From a virus (lineage: Duplodnaviria > Heunggongvirae > Uroviricota > Caudoviricetes): DNA of 49,714 bases. The first letter of the stretch is position 1, and the number at the start of each line of letters is the position of its first letter. The position numbers and the translations under genes are program-made. The notes below the pieces were generated by a model that was not told the DNA's origin, ran no database searches, and saw only the letters and a program-made list of their open reading frames with translations. The DNA lies in the IMG/VR virus record IMGVR_UViG_643348544_000005; one strand, given 5' to 3'. Shown here piece by piece: positions 49,544-49,714 of this stretch.

Positions 49544-49714
49544 ATGGTCCGTCTGCCCCCTGTGGTGATGTCAGCAAAATCAGCCACTGCGCGAACCACA
49601 ATAGCCCGGGAAGATGCTGAAGATCACCAGGTAAAGCTATCAGCGCAGAAACTGGAAGAACTGCTCGCATCAATGGTTAAGGATGAGGTTGATCGCAATG
49701 ATGGGATTTATTGA
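49544..49714 (+). CDS. Hypothetical small protein
   Basis: 56-aa frame MVRLPPVVMSAKSATARTTIAR… from ATG 49544 with GGAGG 10 nt upstream; low support. Confidence 0.25.
   Translation: MVRLPPVVMSAKSATARTTIAREDAEDHQVKLSAQKLEELLASMVKDEVDRNDGIY

Noticed and set aside
1-49714. CRISPR arrays, IS elements/transposases, rRNA
   Set aside because: No regularly spaced short direct repeats with spacers, no transposase-like ORFs with terminal inverted repeats, and no rRNA-like sequence were seen.

Overview
The window is almost entirely one mosaic lambdoid prophage of enterobacterial (E. coli-like) type, in canonical prophage order from the integrase end to the tail-fibre end. All calls rest on reading the sequence and on recollection of protein families; no searches were run. 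Left arm (minus strand): tyrosine integrase, excisionase-like ORF, large exonuclease-family protein, then a Qin-like dicBF operon (ydfA, ydfB/C-region ORF, DicF sRNA, dicB, ydfD). A DicA-like repressor and DicC-like Cro analogue form the immunity switch, flanked by a shared operator-like motif. Rightward: a YdaT-like protein, an O-like replication protein with five in-gene iterons (origin), an AT-rich accessory island (SMEK-like protein facing a membrane-protein/SAM-methyltransferase operon), a hok-type toxin locus, a nin-like region (DUF968-like, RusA, Q-like antiterminator) and a PR'/tR'-like terminator. Downstream of Q sits an AT-rich Hanks-type Ser/Thr kinase plus PP2C phosphatase pair, a 5'-truncated DNA methyltransferase remnant, three tRNAs (CAU, a degenerate Arg-UCG-like, Arg-UCU), and a ~1 kb non-coding stretch with a duplicated hairpin-rich module where Stx phages carry stxAB (no toxin genes present). 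Then NanS-p-like esterase, a phage-21-type lysis cassette (dual-start pinholin, YdfR-like ORF, SAR endolysin, Rz with embedded Rz1), an AT-rich convergent two-gene cassette (PD-(D/E)xK-like protein plus 355-aa partner), cos, and a lambda-like head and tail module (Nu1 through J, with G-T frameshift site), lom, stf, tfa, and a SAM-methyltransferase cassette bracketed by direct repeats of the tfa 3' end. The best candidates for undescribed accessory or defence-like systems are the kinase/phosphatase pair, the convergent cassette between lysis genes and cos, and the SMEK-like island. No CRISPR array, transposase or rRNA was seen.
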